Shown: positions 1 through 12,914 of the stretch, in pieces | How the letters are laid out: every line of letters starts with the position of its first letter | How positions within the stretch are numbered: the stretch's first letter is position 1 | DNA from: Octopus vulgaris | Taxonomy: Eukaryota | Assembly (NCBI GenBank): GCA_951406725.2 | Contig: OX597821.1 | Location: 103,726,001-103,790,000, forward strand | Length of the DNA: 64,000 nt | Direction of reading: 5' to 3' | The notes under the pieces: model-generated | What the model saw: the letters and a program-made list of their open reading frames with translations, nothing else | Told to the model about the DNA's origin: nothing | Databases searched by the model: none | Translations under genes and position numbers: made by a program

Positions 1-332
1 TTTGTGTAAGCGTATATATGCGTGTGTGCATATTTGAGAATGTGAATACGCATGTGTGAGTTTGTAAATGAGTGTGATATTTGTGTATATGTGCACATGT
101 ATGTGTGTATGTATATGTGTATATATGAGTGTATATGCATGTGTGCTCGTATGTATATGTATATATATATGTTTCAGAATTGTTTTGTGTACGCATACGT
201 CTGTATGTATATGTGGCCGAATCTGTGTATGACAATGTTTTTATCTTCGTATGCATGTGTATGCGCTTCGCTATTTGTCTACGTATATGTCATAAATGCA
301 TTTAAAAATTTGTTAGCATTTCATAAATAAAT

Positions 333-444
333 CTGTTGAGGTCTGAAGCTGGCAAAATGACGACGGTAAATAAATAATAGCAGAGGTAGTTAATGAGGTA
401 TGCATAAGTTCCATATTAATCATGCTTCATCCGAAACAGCTGTA
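333..444 (+). ncRNA. Degenerate minimal hammerhead-like motif (Penelope pLTR-type remnant)
   Basis: CTGTTGA(333-339), GG(TC)TGAAGC pairing with GCTTCATCC(424-432) around a long loop, then GAAA-CAGCTG-TA with a palindromic helix-III segment. Helix I is poorly supported. Confidence 0.4.
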
Positions 445-569
445 ACGATAATACTATTAAATTATTTCCATTATTTATAGGTATTTGCAGCCTTCTCTCT
501 AAATAGATACCCCTCGCTTTTGTTCATGTAACAATATGTAAACTAATATCTAAACTTTAATTTTACCAG

Positions 570-710
570 AAGTGGCTGTGTGGTAAATAGCTAGCTTAGC
601 AGCCACCTGGGTCCGTGTTCGATCTCACTGCTCAAGGCTATAGTAGTAGAAACTTGACCAAGGTGCCACGCAGTGGGATTGTATCCAGAGCCAAATGCTT
701 GGGAAACAAG
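570..710. mobile_element. Two head fragments of tRNA-derived SINE family A in opposite orientation
   Basis: GTGGCTGTGTGGTAA head on + followed by a reverse-oriented piece (GGCTATAGTAGTAGAAACTTGACCAAGGTGCCACGCAGTGGGA) matching the full copy at 40062-40470. Confidence 0.7.
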
Positions 711-831
711 GTTGAAGCAAAACAAAAATAGAAGTTACATTGATATTAGAAGTAAGATTTTGCAGTAATTCACTCTTGCTCGTCTCATTTCTCGCTCTCT
801 CTCTCTTTCTCTTTCTTTCTTCCTTTCACCC

Positions 832-874
<43 letters not shown>

Positions 875-879
875 GTTGC

Positions 880-1380
880 ATTTGTGGTACCTTGACGAGG
901 AGAATCGCTGCAGAATTAAAGGTAAAACAAGAAGAAATGAGGTTGGGACAATATCTTCAATTCAGTTTTCGTGCCTATCTTCACCTATTGTCAAAAATGC
1001 CAGGTAATGACCGAAAGAGCACGACTGCCTCTACAAGTGGCCTGAACTGGACACCTCTGAAAGATCTCTGAAATAACGTTTTTCTTCAGGTTGCGAAGAT
1101 CGAAGGTCAGGGAGTCTCACCATGTCGAAACTTTACTTTTCCGTGCCGAGAACCACACTTCTGGTACCATAGACAAGTAGAGAGAATGTCGCAGAAGAGA
1201 ATCGTAAGGGAGATTCTTCAAAACGAGCCAACTGCTTCCGAATCTAGCATGAAAGTGCCACGACGATTGCTTCAGATAGGACCCAATGAAAGAAGTGCTT
1301 GAGAGCTCTACCGTCTCCCACAACAATCTCAGCAGTAGTGGGCGGAGAAGGCGGCTGGATTGATGGATGGATGGATGGAC
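880..1380 (+). mobile_element. Decayed RTE-clade LINE, 3' end (post-RT region) with (GGAT)n tail
   Basis: Translation across stops and frameshifts gives SVFVPIFTYCQKCQVMTERARLPLQVA*..KISEIT..RSKVRESHHVETLLFRAE..WYHRQVERMSQKRIVREILQNEPT, matching the RTE C-terminal pattern (LTYGxExW..RxQAxEM..LRWFGHVxRM). It ends in GGAT repeats, as Expander/Rex3-like RTEs do. Confidence 0.75.
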
Positions 1381-1734
1381 AGGAAGGAGAAAATAAAAGA
1401 AAATAAGGTGGAGTACATTATAAAATATAGAAGAGTATGTGATGCGTAAGAGATAAACTGACGTGTAAGCCTAGAGAAAAAAATAGTCGTTTTTCGTAAA
1501 ATTATGTACAAAATATTGAAAATAGGGAAGAATAGGTATGAGAAGATGATGAAGAGATATCTAATGATTGTAAAAAATAATAAGTAAGCAGGAAGGGAAA
1601 AAATTATGCTCTTTTTATATATCCATTTAAGATGAGAACATTTTTGTAAATGGCGGCTGTGTCAGACTTGAAATGTTGTGCCTTATTGTTGATGTAAAAG
1701 GTGTGTGTCTGTTATGTATGCTTGCCAGCTTACA

Positions 1735-2235
1735 CATGCTCGCACACATACACACACACACATGCACACACGTATGCACACACGCACACACACATGCATA
1801 CACACACGCACACACATGCACACAGACACACACAGACACACACATGCACACAGACACACACAGACACACATATGCACACACACATACACATGCACACGCG
1901 CATGCGCACACACATGCACACACATACATACATACATACGCACACACACGCACACACGCACACACACACACACTGGTTTCTCCTCACCCCGAGCGAATAA
2001 ATCTTTCGCCTTTTACACACACATGCACACACGCACGCACACATACGCACACACATACGCACACACGCGCACACACACACACACACACGCTCAAATGCAC
2101 ACACGTATACATGCACACACGCACACACATCCACACACACATACGCACAAACGCGCGCACACACACACTCACATGCACACACGCACACACAGGTACAAAT
2201 GCACACATACACACGCGCGCGTACGTGCCCACACC
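1735..2235. repeat. Compound (CA)n/(CACG/CATG) microsatellite
   Basis: Directly visible; source of the His/Thr and Cys/Val ORFs. Confidence 0.95.
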
Positions 2236-2514
2236 TCAGATGTGCGCAGGCACACATTAACCTTCGTTTATGCTCGCATGTATTCGGTACAAGTTGATGA
2301 GGGATAGTGAGGTGTCTCGGAACAAAAGTCTTAAAAAGACTATAATATGACAGATGAAAAAATTCAACCAATCATCAGCGGCGATCTTTTCATTTGAGAT
2401 AATAAAAAAAAATATCTAAAACATAAAAGACAAACAAAATGGGCGCGTCGCAACCTGTTTATTGTTGCTAACGTCGTTATTGCTGCTGTTACTGTTCTAT
2501 TTCTTTTCCTGAGA

Positions 2515-2563
<49 letters not shown>

Positions 2564-2566
<3 letters not shown>

Positions 2567-3330
2567 TAGTTTTATTTTTATTTTTATAGCGTGCTTCACT
2601 TCACTACCGAGCGCAGCTCTGTGTGCCTTGGGTATGTGCTGTGATTTGTTGTGATGCTCTGATGGTTATTGTATGGAAAGTGTTCTGCGTAGGATGTGTG
2701 CAGTACCTAGTAGTGCAATTTTCTGTATGTTATATGTGTTTGTAAGTCCTGGTGTTTTTGTTATGTATTTGTCTGAATATTTTTTTATCATGCCTAATGC
2801 ACCTACTATGATAGGAATTGTTTCTGTTTTCAGATTCCACATTCTAGTTACCTCTATTTCCAGGTCTTTGTATTTTGAGAGTTTCTCCATTTCTTTTAGA
2901 GATACGTTGTCATCTGCCGGTACTGATACATCAATTAGAAAGCATTTTTTTCTTCATGGTCTCTGACAACTATATCTGGTCTGTTGGCCTTAATTTCTCT
3001 ATCTGTGTGTATCGGCATATCCCAGAGTATGGTTGCTTTCTCGTTTTCTGTGACCTTTTCTGGTGTGTGCCTATACCATCTTTTTTCTGTTGTTATTCCA
3101 TAATGTTGGCATAGCTTCCAATGTATGTAAGTTCCAACTCTGTCATGTCTGTGAATATATTCCTTCTTAGCCAGGACTGGGCAGCTAGAGATAATATGAT
3201 TTATTGTTTCTTGTCCATCTCCTCATATTCTGCAGTTACTTGTAATATTTCTTTTCATTACATGTTTTTGGTAATTTCTGGTGGGGAGGCTTTGGTCTTG
3301 TGCTGCAATTAAAAATCCCTCTGTTTCTGC
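2564..3330 (-). mobile_element. 5'-truncated R4/Dong-type non-LTR retrotransposon (CCHC knuckle + restriction-like endonuclease + 3' UTR) inserted in (TAA)n
   Basis: Minus strand encodes ETEGFLIAAQDQSLPTRNY, C..ETINHIISSC, RHDRVG.YIHWKLC, RPDIVV..CFLIDVSVP and EKLSKYKDLEIE..PIIVGALG..IQKIALLGTAHILRR. (ATT)n lies on both sides. Confidence 0.9.
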
Positions 3331-3737
3331 TATTATTATTACTATTATTATTATCATTATTATTATTATTATTTTCTTTATGCTTTTATTTGCTTCGTGG
3401 TGTAGAAATCTTTTATCCCTGGTAAATACGACTTTCTCCACTGGTTCACAACTTTCATCATTTATTTCTTCCGTTCCTGTCGATCAAGTCTTTTATATAT
3501 TTCCTCACTAGACCCCTTCCTTCCTTCCTTCCTTCCTTCCTTCCTTCCTTCCTTCCTTCCTTCCAGTACGATTATGTTCTTCTTTCAACGCTTTACAGAG
3601 GTATATTTTTCTCTATATTTCCATATTAAATCTCTTTCGTTTTGTTTTAACATACAATGTCCTTATCGCCATCATACATGTTTCCTAATTCTACTGTATT
3701 AGCCGAAAATAGTTGACTAAATTTAACTTGATTTTGT

Positions 3738-3880
3738 GTGGTTAAGAAAGAAGCTCGATTTGAAGCCACGTGGTTTCGGGTTCAGTCCGGCTGCACGGCA
3801 CCTTGGGCTTCTACTTGGCACCTGGGTCAACTAATAGTTATGACAGAATTTGGACGAAGGAAACTGGGCGGAAGTCCGTT
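3738..3880 (+). mobile_element. SINE family A, degraded 5' half
   Basis: GTGTGGTTAAGAA..GGGTTCAGTCC..GGCACCTTGGG..TTTGGACGAAGGAAACTG matches 40062-40225. Confidence 0.65.
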
Positions 3881-3914
3881 ATATTTTGGTGGTAGCCCCC
3901 CGAGTCCGAGTAAG

Positions 3915-4185
3915 ACGGTTCTGCAATTTCTTGCTAAACAATCTGCACGAATGGTTTGTTTAGAGTGGCCGAAAGTTCGTGTCGTATACTAGCTCACTCC
4001 TTCCATTAAATCAACGTTACCTGAACAGGTGCGCGATGTACCACACGGCAAGAATGGAAGTGATTGCAGAGCAACGAGAGATGATTTTATGTTCAAGAAC
4101 ACAACAAACTTCTCGGTTCAGGAATTGAAACTACGACATCACACTCGTGAGTCCAACACTCAAACCACTACGCCATTTGCTCTCC
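3915..4185 (-). mobile_element. tRNA-derived SINE (family D, CORE-like)
   Basis: Minus strand: A-box TGGCGTAGTGG, B-box-like GTTTCAATTCC, then TTGTGTTCTTGAACA resembling the CORE segment. Confidence 0.6.
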
Positions 4186-5585
4186 TCCCATCATATACAC
4201 ACATACATTACATATATGCACACACATAATCACGCACAATTCACCCATAAGACATTGATGGGTCCGCGGCTGTAGTAGAAAACACTTGCCCAGGGTGCTA
4301 CGCAGTGGGACTGAACCACAAATGAAATGATTGAAAAGCGAGCTTCTTAGCCATCTAAACCTACGTTCATAGTCACATGTTTATTCTTGTTAGCGATCTG
4401 TATGTGTTGTCTGTGTATTTGTCTTATTAATGCCCTACGTTATGACTAATGCTTCTATAATGAGTTATTTTTGTAGGGAATGATGTTATAGTGACAGGCT
4501 GCTCATTAATATTTATATATTTCTCTTCTTACCTCTGTCACTCACACACTCTCCCTTCGTTCATTTCCCTCTATCACACACACGTCTTCCCTCCATCCAA
4601 CTTTCTCCCACTGTCTTACGCACCTTCACCCTTCAACTCTCTCCCATTATCTAATACACACTCTCTCTATCCATCTCACTTTCTCTTTCAGTCTTTCTCC
4701 CTCCATCCATCTTTCATTCTCTGTCATAAGCACCCTTTCACACAACATAGCAATAGTATGTTTATTCAAGCTATATTGATTACATATTGAAATATGTAAT
4801 CAGCACTTACTACCCATTCGTAATAAAGTCGTTCTTCGCTTTTGAAATATTTTAAATTTTAATGAGTCTTTTGCTCAGTCTATAATTATAGTTAATTAAT
4901 TATTATGATCTGCAGGTATAAATATATATATTAGAGAGGTTATATATCTCAATGGTTAATGATGATAAGTATCTCTTCAATAAATAATTCTTCAAAGTAT
5001 TCAGAAACACCAAAATAAATCCAATAAAAATATCAATAACCAACTTATATGAAAGTAGAAAGAAGAGAGCAATCTAATGTATATTTAAAGCAATATATTT
5101 CATAGCTATATGTGTATTACACACAGTTACTCATATATTATACGCTTATGTAAATATATGCATGTGTGTGGATGTGTGCATGCCTGTGTATGGATATATA
5201 TCTATGTGTGTGTACATATTTACATACTTATAAAGTGTATGATTCTCTTCGGCGTGTATATGAGCGTATAAATGTATGCAAATATCGGTATGTATACGTA
5301 TGTTTATATCTGTGTATGTAAATACACAAACGCCCACACATATATATGCACATGCACACGCACACACACATATATCTTATATCTATCTATCTCTCAATAT
5401 ATCTACCTATCTATATACATTTGTGTGTAAACTTATATCAACATAGCCGCATATGCGTATATTTGTGTGAATGTGTGTGTGTGTGTGTGTGTGTATGTGT
5501 GTGTGTGAAAATGTTTGTCATTGGGAAGTGTTCTGTAAAGTTCATTCTTGGACCCTGATGCGCTTATCTATGAATATGTAATAAA

Positions 5586-6032
5586 ATACAATATTATTAC
5601 ATGAAGAAATTCAAAATTTTACAGCAGTTTCTGAGATTTCCTCGAGTGTGGGATTCTGTTATTGAACGTTTATATGTTTGCGCCTTTTCCTTGGGATATC
5701 TACTACATAAAGACTTTAACCCACATGGATATACGCTGGATTGCACCTTAAGAATTATAATCATAAATATACGCAGGATTGCACCTACGGACTCATGCTT
5801 TGCTTTCTATGACTTCGGAAAGTTAAACTATGAACTTTCATGCTTCCTTTTCTTCTCTCTTTCCATCTCCTTATTCTCTTACTCTCTTCTATGTCATCAT
5901 CTTATTGATATATACGATTATCATTTTCCTTAGTTCTCCCCAATTTGTCTATGATGACGGTATATCCCACACTCGAAGATATCCAAGAAATAAGTGTAAG
6001 ATTTTGAATTTCTTCCTGTAATAATATCGTAT
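5586..6032. repeat. Fold-back element with ~78-bp imperfect inverted arms
   Basis: 5586-5663 (ATACAATATTATTACATGAAGAAATTCAAAAT..CTCGAGTGTGGGAT) is the approximate reverse complement of 5954-6032. Confidence 0.8.
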
Positions 6033-6080
6033 ATAACTTGAGATGTTTGCCTTGCCTTAATGTCCTGCTTAACAATTATA

Positions 6081-6122
<42 letters not shown>

Positions 6123-6160
6123 GTATGTATATGTGTGTGTGCGTATGTGAGTAAATAACA

Positions 6161-6392
6161 ATATTTTATAAGCTTAAATCTTATAAGCGATCACAGTGCA
6201 TTTTCTAAAGTAAATAGTCTAATATTGAGACATGTAAACCCTCGACAGAGATAAGTAAGGTTTGCCCATGCGTACGGTAAACCCTAGTTTTTTGGGTTTT
6301 TTTTACTTCGGAGTCTTATATGCCCCGATATTAAACTATTTATTTTAGTCAATACACGGTAATCGCTTATAAGCTTTAAGCTTATAAAATAT
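6161..6392. repeat. Hairpin element with ~85-bp imperfect inverted arms
   Basis: ATATTTTATAAGCTTAAATCTTATAAGCGAT.. (6161-6245) is the approximate reverse complement of ..ATCGCTTATAAGCTTTAAGCTTATAAAATAT (6308-6392). Confidence 0.85.
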
Positions 6393-6484
6393 TATCAATA
6401 TTTACAGATTGTAAAATTCGGCTAAAATTCGTTGAATACATTCATTTCCAAGTAAGTATATACATACATACATACATACATACA

Positions 6485-6518
<34 letters not shown>

Positions 6519-7419
6519 CATGTATACATATACACACATACATATATATATATGCATGTATACATACATACGTATACATATATATATATATATATATACA
6601 TGCACACATACGTATGATATGCATATTTACATGTATGTAAGTATGCATGTATATTATCTGCGTTTTCTGAATGCACGGATACAAGGCATGCTATACATGC
6701 CTGAGAGATAACATTGTATGTAAATAACGATCGGAGTAAAAATAAATATGTCATATTTACGAGCGACAGATGAAAAGGGCTTGCATACATGATCTATGTA
6801 GAATTTTACATTATATCGCTTCAATCTCTCAAACTGAATGCTTTGGGTTACTTGTTTTTACATACATACATATATATACATATATACATACATACGTACG
6901 TACACACGCACATACATACATACATTCATACATACATACATAAATACATACATACATACATACATACATACATACATACATACATACATACATACATACA
7001 TACATACAAACATACGTACACAGATGCATACATGTATACATACTTATACGAAGCGCACAGATCTATTTAAAATATTTACGGCATTTTATTCTTTTTTTCG
7101 CAACGCGGCTACTTAACTGTGGAGAAAATTTAATAATTCAGAACCCCCTTATCGAAATCGTTGCCATATCCTTATGTATATTATGTATGTATGTATGTAT
7201 GTATGTATGTATGTATGTATGTATGTATGTATGTATATATGTATGTATGTATGTATGTATGTGTGTACATGTATGTACGTATGTGCGTATGTACGTATTC
7301 TTCTGTTTTGCAATTATTTAAAATCTTTCCCTGAAGAAGGAGCTCGTTTCTAACAAAGCTATGACGTTGGAAGAGATATAGCAAACTAAAATAAAAAGAA
7401 AAGCAAATGAAGTCGATAA

Positions 7420-9030
7420 TTTAAATTTGAGAAAGTTTTGCATATTTTTATTGTTCCATATACAGATTGTAATTCTAATATGTGCATTGTCCGTTTGACA
7501 TATGTCACTGAAAACCCTTGCTTATCTAGTTTGTCACTTCGGTATTTATTCACAAAATCATGTGCGCTGATTTCGAAGCCGTTGTCCAAAGTTATTCATT
7601 TGCTTAATTTTTGAAGAAAAATTCACATTAGCAAGGTGGTTGATGTCCATGAAGATACATACAATTTTCTTGACTGTCCCAAATAAAAAATTCAAGCCTG
7701 TGCGTTTACACTTGGCAAAATAATCCGTGTATTGATGTTTGTCTATATATATATATATTCCATAACAGGTGGATTCTCTAAATTTATACCAGGTCTTTGC
7801 TTTTTGAATAGTAGTGAATATTCATTTAGCCATCGCGTCGTATTACATTGGGAGGGTCAGCTGTTAATCACATGCGTGATGTCTTCCACAGAAATATAAC
7901 AAACAGTATTTTTGGTAGCATCTTTTTGCTCTAAGGGCTTAAGTGCCTCTTTTCTTTTCTAGGAATTTTGTTGCAATTTCCTGTTCTTGGATTGCAAATA
8001 CACAACCTTCGAAGTGTGATGCGATGTAGTGATCACAAGTCCCATAGAGGCTGCACTTCATGTCGATAGTATTGTCCCCTTCGTGTCTTCGGCAAACATA
8101 CTCATACATAGTATTAGTTTGCTATACTGAGCGTTTAACATCCTGGTCTTTTTTTATGTATGTTAAGCCAACCATTTTGTGGTTGTGTAGGAGGTCATCA
8201 GTGCTTCACGAAGAGCTTACTGCCAACACGTAGAATGTTGTTCATTTTTTTTTCCAGCTCTAAGGTTATATATCTATTTCTGTTGCTCTTATTAAGTATG
8301 CGAGGTATGAGACAGACTATATATTCGAAGGCTGTATACATTCAGCTCAAGCTTGTACCTCCTTCAACTCTTCTTTGTGCGAGACTGTCAAAATCACTGT
8401 TTCAGTGAAATTTTCTAGTTGATGTCAAGATGTTGCCGGTTTTAATGTATCTGGAGTGAATTTCCTCGACAGACCTGTCAAGTATCCAAATATTGGAATC
8501 AGCACTTATACTACAAATGCATTTTGGGATATTGTCTTGTTGTTAGAAGAAAGTTCCGACTGACAAGGTTTTCTTAATATTGTATGATATTCTCAGGACA
8601 CTCCATTTCTATTCATAGTTGCTACGAATGATATATTTTCATTAATACCTAGGTATTTATAGCATTCTTTGTGGGGTTCAAGAGTCATAGAGAGCTTGTT
8701 AATGCACAAGTTACGGATCTGAGGAAATGATTTTCCACGTGCAGCAATTAAATACAAACCTTTATTGATTCTTATACCAGCTAAAAAAGTTTATTAACTC
8801 CAGTTGTTTTTGCTATCGTTAATCTTTTTAGTATAAATCGCCACTTCATCAACAAAGAAATTATGGGTTACATTGATATTTCCTGCAACTGTAGATCCTA
8901 GCTTGTAACCATTTGATTTTTGTAGCAGAAATTATAATGGATATTATGCCGAAGTAAAAAGAGTTACAGAACATCCTTCTTGGATTATTCGCTTTGAATA
9001 TTCTCCCTGGAATATTCGCTCTCACTTTAA
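7420..9030 (-). mobile_element. Old, heavily decayed R4/Dong-type LINE (RT through RLE domain)
   Basis: Collinear minus-strand motifs: FLLQKSNGYKLG..INVTHNFFVDEVAIY (RT core, cf. THLxFxDD), YKYLGIN, FEGCVFAIQEQEIATK, VEDITHVINS (knuckle), LQSVYGTIKICKTF (C-terminus). Many stops and frameshifts. Confidence 0.75.
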
Positions 9031-9338
9031 GTGTAAGAATATTTAGCCTCTATTCTGTTGAACTCAAAATGCACCTGGAGAAATTCGTTGAGATATCTTG
9101 GGTACATGTATAAGCTAGCTTACAGTTATTGCTTATAAGTATGTATGTACATGTATATATATATATTTATACGTGTGTATGTGTGTATATTATCTCTTGT
9201 GCGTCCAGTTTGATGTACGACTAATACTGGTGTGTTTATAGCTCCATGTAGAGTATCATTATCCAATTGCACGTGGAAAACCCAGAACAGGGATTGCAAA
9301 TAATTAGATTGTGAAACAGACTGAGAATAAATAATATA

Positions 9339-9381
<43 letters not shown>

Positions 9382-9388
9382 GTATGCA

Positions 9389-9424
<36 letters not shown>

Positions 9425-10498
9425 TGTATGTATGTATGTATGTGTGCATCTGTTTGTATTTGTGTTTGTGTGTATGAAAAGGTAAAGAGGAGAAATTGGA
9501 TTGAGCTAACACGCTTTATCCTTATAATCCTTCAACTGTTTCATCTTCGCTTTACCAGCAGTTTCTTGCCTAAATATTATATAATTGCATTAAACATATT
9601 ACATTCCATTTCAGCAACATTGGCAAAGGAAGCCTTCTCAAGTATGAACATAAAGTGTTTGCTAAATTAAGCCATATTCAGCTCAGCTGTACTTGGGGCT
9701 TAACAGCATAATGTTGTTTGTTTTTATTTGCGGCGGAGGGTGTGGATTTTATGCTAATGAAGAATTATAGTAGAATAAATATGAAGTATATATTCTGTAG
9801 GATATTGGTTTAATGTACCAAACACTTTGCGCACATACCTGAGGAGTGTTCATTTGCTAATGTAACTTAAATAATACTGGAGCGCAATGTAATTTATTTA
9901 ATGTACTCATAATAATGCTTCGGCAAATATCTGCTAGAAAAGCGAAGATAAAACAATTAGTGTATTAAGTAAAAAAAATCCAGTCTTTCGTATTTACACA
10001 TTTTTTATATACATGCTCAACGAATATACATGAATTTCCGAATGTATCTCAGATAACACGCTCGCTTTTAAGTTGCTAAACTGCACCTGGTAACCGATAT
10101 ATATGGACGAGATTTATAAAGCAACCTACAAGGTTCACAACCAAGTTATATATATATATATATATATTTATATATACATACACACACACTATATACATAC
10201 ATATCTATATATACACACACACACACACACACTATATGCATATAAATATATTCTTTTATTCTTTCACTTGCTTAAGTCGTTTGACTGCGGCCATGATGGA
10301 GCAACACCTTTAGTCGAACAAATCGACCGAAGGACTTATTCTTTGAAAGTCTTGTACTTATTCTATCGGCCTGCTTTGCCGAACCGCTAGGTAAAGGGGA
10401 AGCAAACACAAAAACATCGGTTGTCAAGGAGTGGTAGGGGTCAAACACAATTACAGAAATACATCCATACCTCCGTACACATATATATAAATAAATAA

Positions 10499-10589
<91 letters not shown>

Positions 10590-11270
10590 CAATTTATATT
10601 TATACTGTGAAATTTGATTTAATCTTAAATCTAATTTTTCCCTGTAAGTTTGGATTTAATCCCTAATATTATTATCGAGTAAATATTATGTGGACATTGA
10701 CGATTTAATAGTCTGTTATCAGCATATTGGCATTGAAATAATTTTCTTTAGCCCTAACTTATAAGTTGTTTAGAATTTTAACCGTAAAGGTATTTTAATA
10801 TGCTGCCACATTTTTTGATGGAATTTTTTTCTATAAAGAAACTTCATCCTATATTAGTAGTAGACTTATTACTACTCGCTATAGGGACTGGTAACCACTA
10901 TAATCCGTAGTGGAGAACAGTCAACACGTTGTGCTGAGGCTGACCAGAGAATTTTATTTTTAGATATATCTGGGGTACTTATATGTACTCATGATTTTTG
11001 CTTCGGCTTTTTCCATGGGCGCATGAAAGTATCTTATTTATATCTTTTCGCATGTTCTACTGAAGAGGAAAAAATCTTTTATGAGATTAATTCCGAAATT
11101 GATTCAATATAAAAATAACGAACTTTTAAAAAATCATTTTATCGGCGGGCTTGCCCGATTTCAGTTCTTCGTTTTTTTCTGTAGCGAGTAAATAATAGGT
11201 GGAAATTGACGATTTAATAGTCTGTTATCAGCATATTGGCATTGAAATAATTTTATTTAGCCCTTACTAA
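10590..11270 (+). mobile_element. Non-coding element with ~84-bp terminal direct repeat (period ~509 bp) and an internal hammerhead; Penelope pLTR/retrozyme-like
   Basis: 10676-10759 is repeated at 11185-11268 (core ATTGACGATTTAATAGTCTGTTATCAGCATATTGGCATTGAAATAATTTT identical). Flanked by (TA)n. Confidence 0.7.
11055..11114 (+). ncRNA. Type-I hammerhead ribozyme motif, intact core
   Basis: TTCTA | CTGAAGA(11060-66) | GGAA..AATCT..AGATT..TTCC helix II | GAAA(11095-98) | TTG-ATT-CAA helix III | T-A(11108-09; AUA cleavage triplet) | TAAAA. Helix I pairs 4/5. Confidence 0.7.
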
Positions 11271-11656
11271 TAATATATATATATGACGGGCTTCTTTCAG
11301 TTTCCGTATACCAAATCCACTAACAAGGCTTTGGGCGGCCCGCGGTTATAGTAGGCTGGGAAGCAACCTTCTTAATTTGACAGCTGAACATGCACCTATA
11401 TATATATATGTATGTAGGGGGAGGCGTATGGATGGGTGTGGGATTGTGTGCGTTTGTTTGTGTGTCTCTCGAAATGTATGCATGTGTGTACGTATATGTT
11501 GATATAATAATGTTCGAAGATGAACATTGACATCATTTGGTTGAATTGTTGCTATGAGACCGGAGGTGGTTGGTGAGGCCAATCCGGGCAAGAAAGCCCC
11601 TCCGACATGTTGATATATATACATAATCACATACATAAAATCTCTCTCTCTCTCTG

Positions 11657-11824
<168 letters not shown>

Positions 11825-12172
11825 CAAATATATCGTAGGCAAAGTGATCTATTATATGTATATGATGCATGATTGATAAAAGAAACCAATTAATAAAACC
11901 AGTCTGGAAAACAACCACTTTTATTTCTCCAGGTAGGCGTCAGTAACTTACCTCATGCCACACGATAAATCTGGGAATTTTTGGAGATTATTAGTATTGC
12001 AGCTCAGTTGTAGTGCCATAGTAATATGAGTCATGCAATTCCTTCAGTTGATATGTTGCTATGCTAAAATAGATTTTCATTGCTATCAATTCTTCCATGT
12101 TCTTTCTCGCAGCTTGTCCATATATGTGCGAGCTTGTCTGCATTAATATACATACATGCATGCGTAAGTATG

Positions 12173-12224
<52 letters not shown>

Positions 12225-12226
<2 letters not shown>

Positions 12227-12364
12227 CTTTGGTCTGGTACATATTTTATCGATCTCTCTGTATCGAATCGTTAAAATACATTTTATACACACCAACACAC
12301 GCACGAACTATGCATGCATATCTGTCCATACATAAAAGCATACATACATATATATGTATACAAA

Positions 12365-12424
<60 letters not shown>

Positions 12425-12596
12425 TATATTTATAAGTATATATATGTATATTTATATATATATATAAATATATGTATGTGTGCTTGTATGTATGGACAGA
12501 TATGCATGCGTAGTTCGTGCGTGTGTTGGTGTGTATAAAATGTATTTTAACGATTCGATACAGTGAGATCGATAAAATATGTACCAGACCAAAGCT
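12225..12596. repeat. Near-perfect inverted duplication (~130-bp arms) centred on a (TA)n tract
   Basis: AGCTTTGGTCTGGTACATATTTTATCGATCTC.. (from 12225) is mirrored by ..GAGATCGATAAAATATGTACCAGACCAAAGCT (to 12596), with about 4 mismatches seen. Confidence 0.92.
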
Positions 12597-12775
12597 AATA
12601 GTCTGATCGATGTGATAAAGTAAAGCCTTTGATTGCATTGCCTCTTATAGCTGCAGTGTAATGATTGATATCTACTAAAGAATAAAGACTAACGAATAAC
12701 GTCTATTTTTACACACACACACACACACACTCTCTCTCTCTCACACACACACACACAGACACATACATACATTTA

Positions 12776-12807
<32 letters not shown>

Positions 12808-12879
12808 CTTTGATACTTTGATACTTTGATAGGTTTCGGCCATTATTGGCCCAGGCCATGTCTAACTTAATAGCACCAC

Positions 12880-12909
<30 letters not shown>

Positions 12910-12914
<5 letters not shown>

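Larger units (their letters stand above)
10250..11397 (-). mobile_element. SINE family A split into 3' half (10250-10480) and 5' half (11283-11397) by an insertion in its internal (TA)n tract
   Basis: Both halves match the reverse complement of 40062-40470 in the expected order, with 10590-11270 lying between them. Confidence 0.75.
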
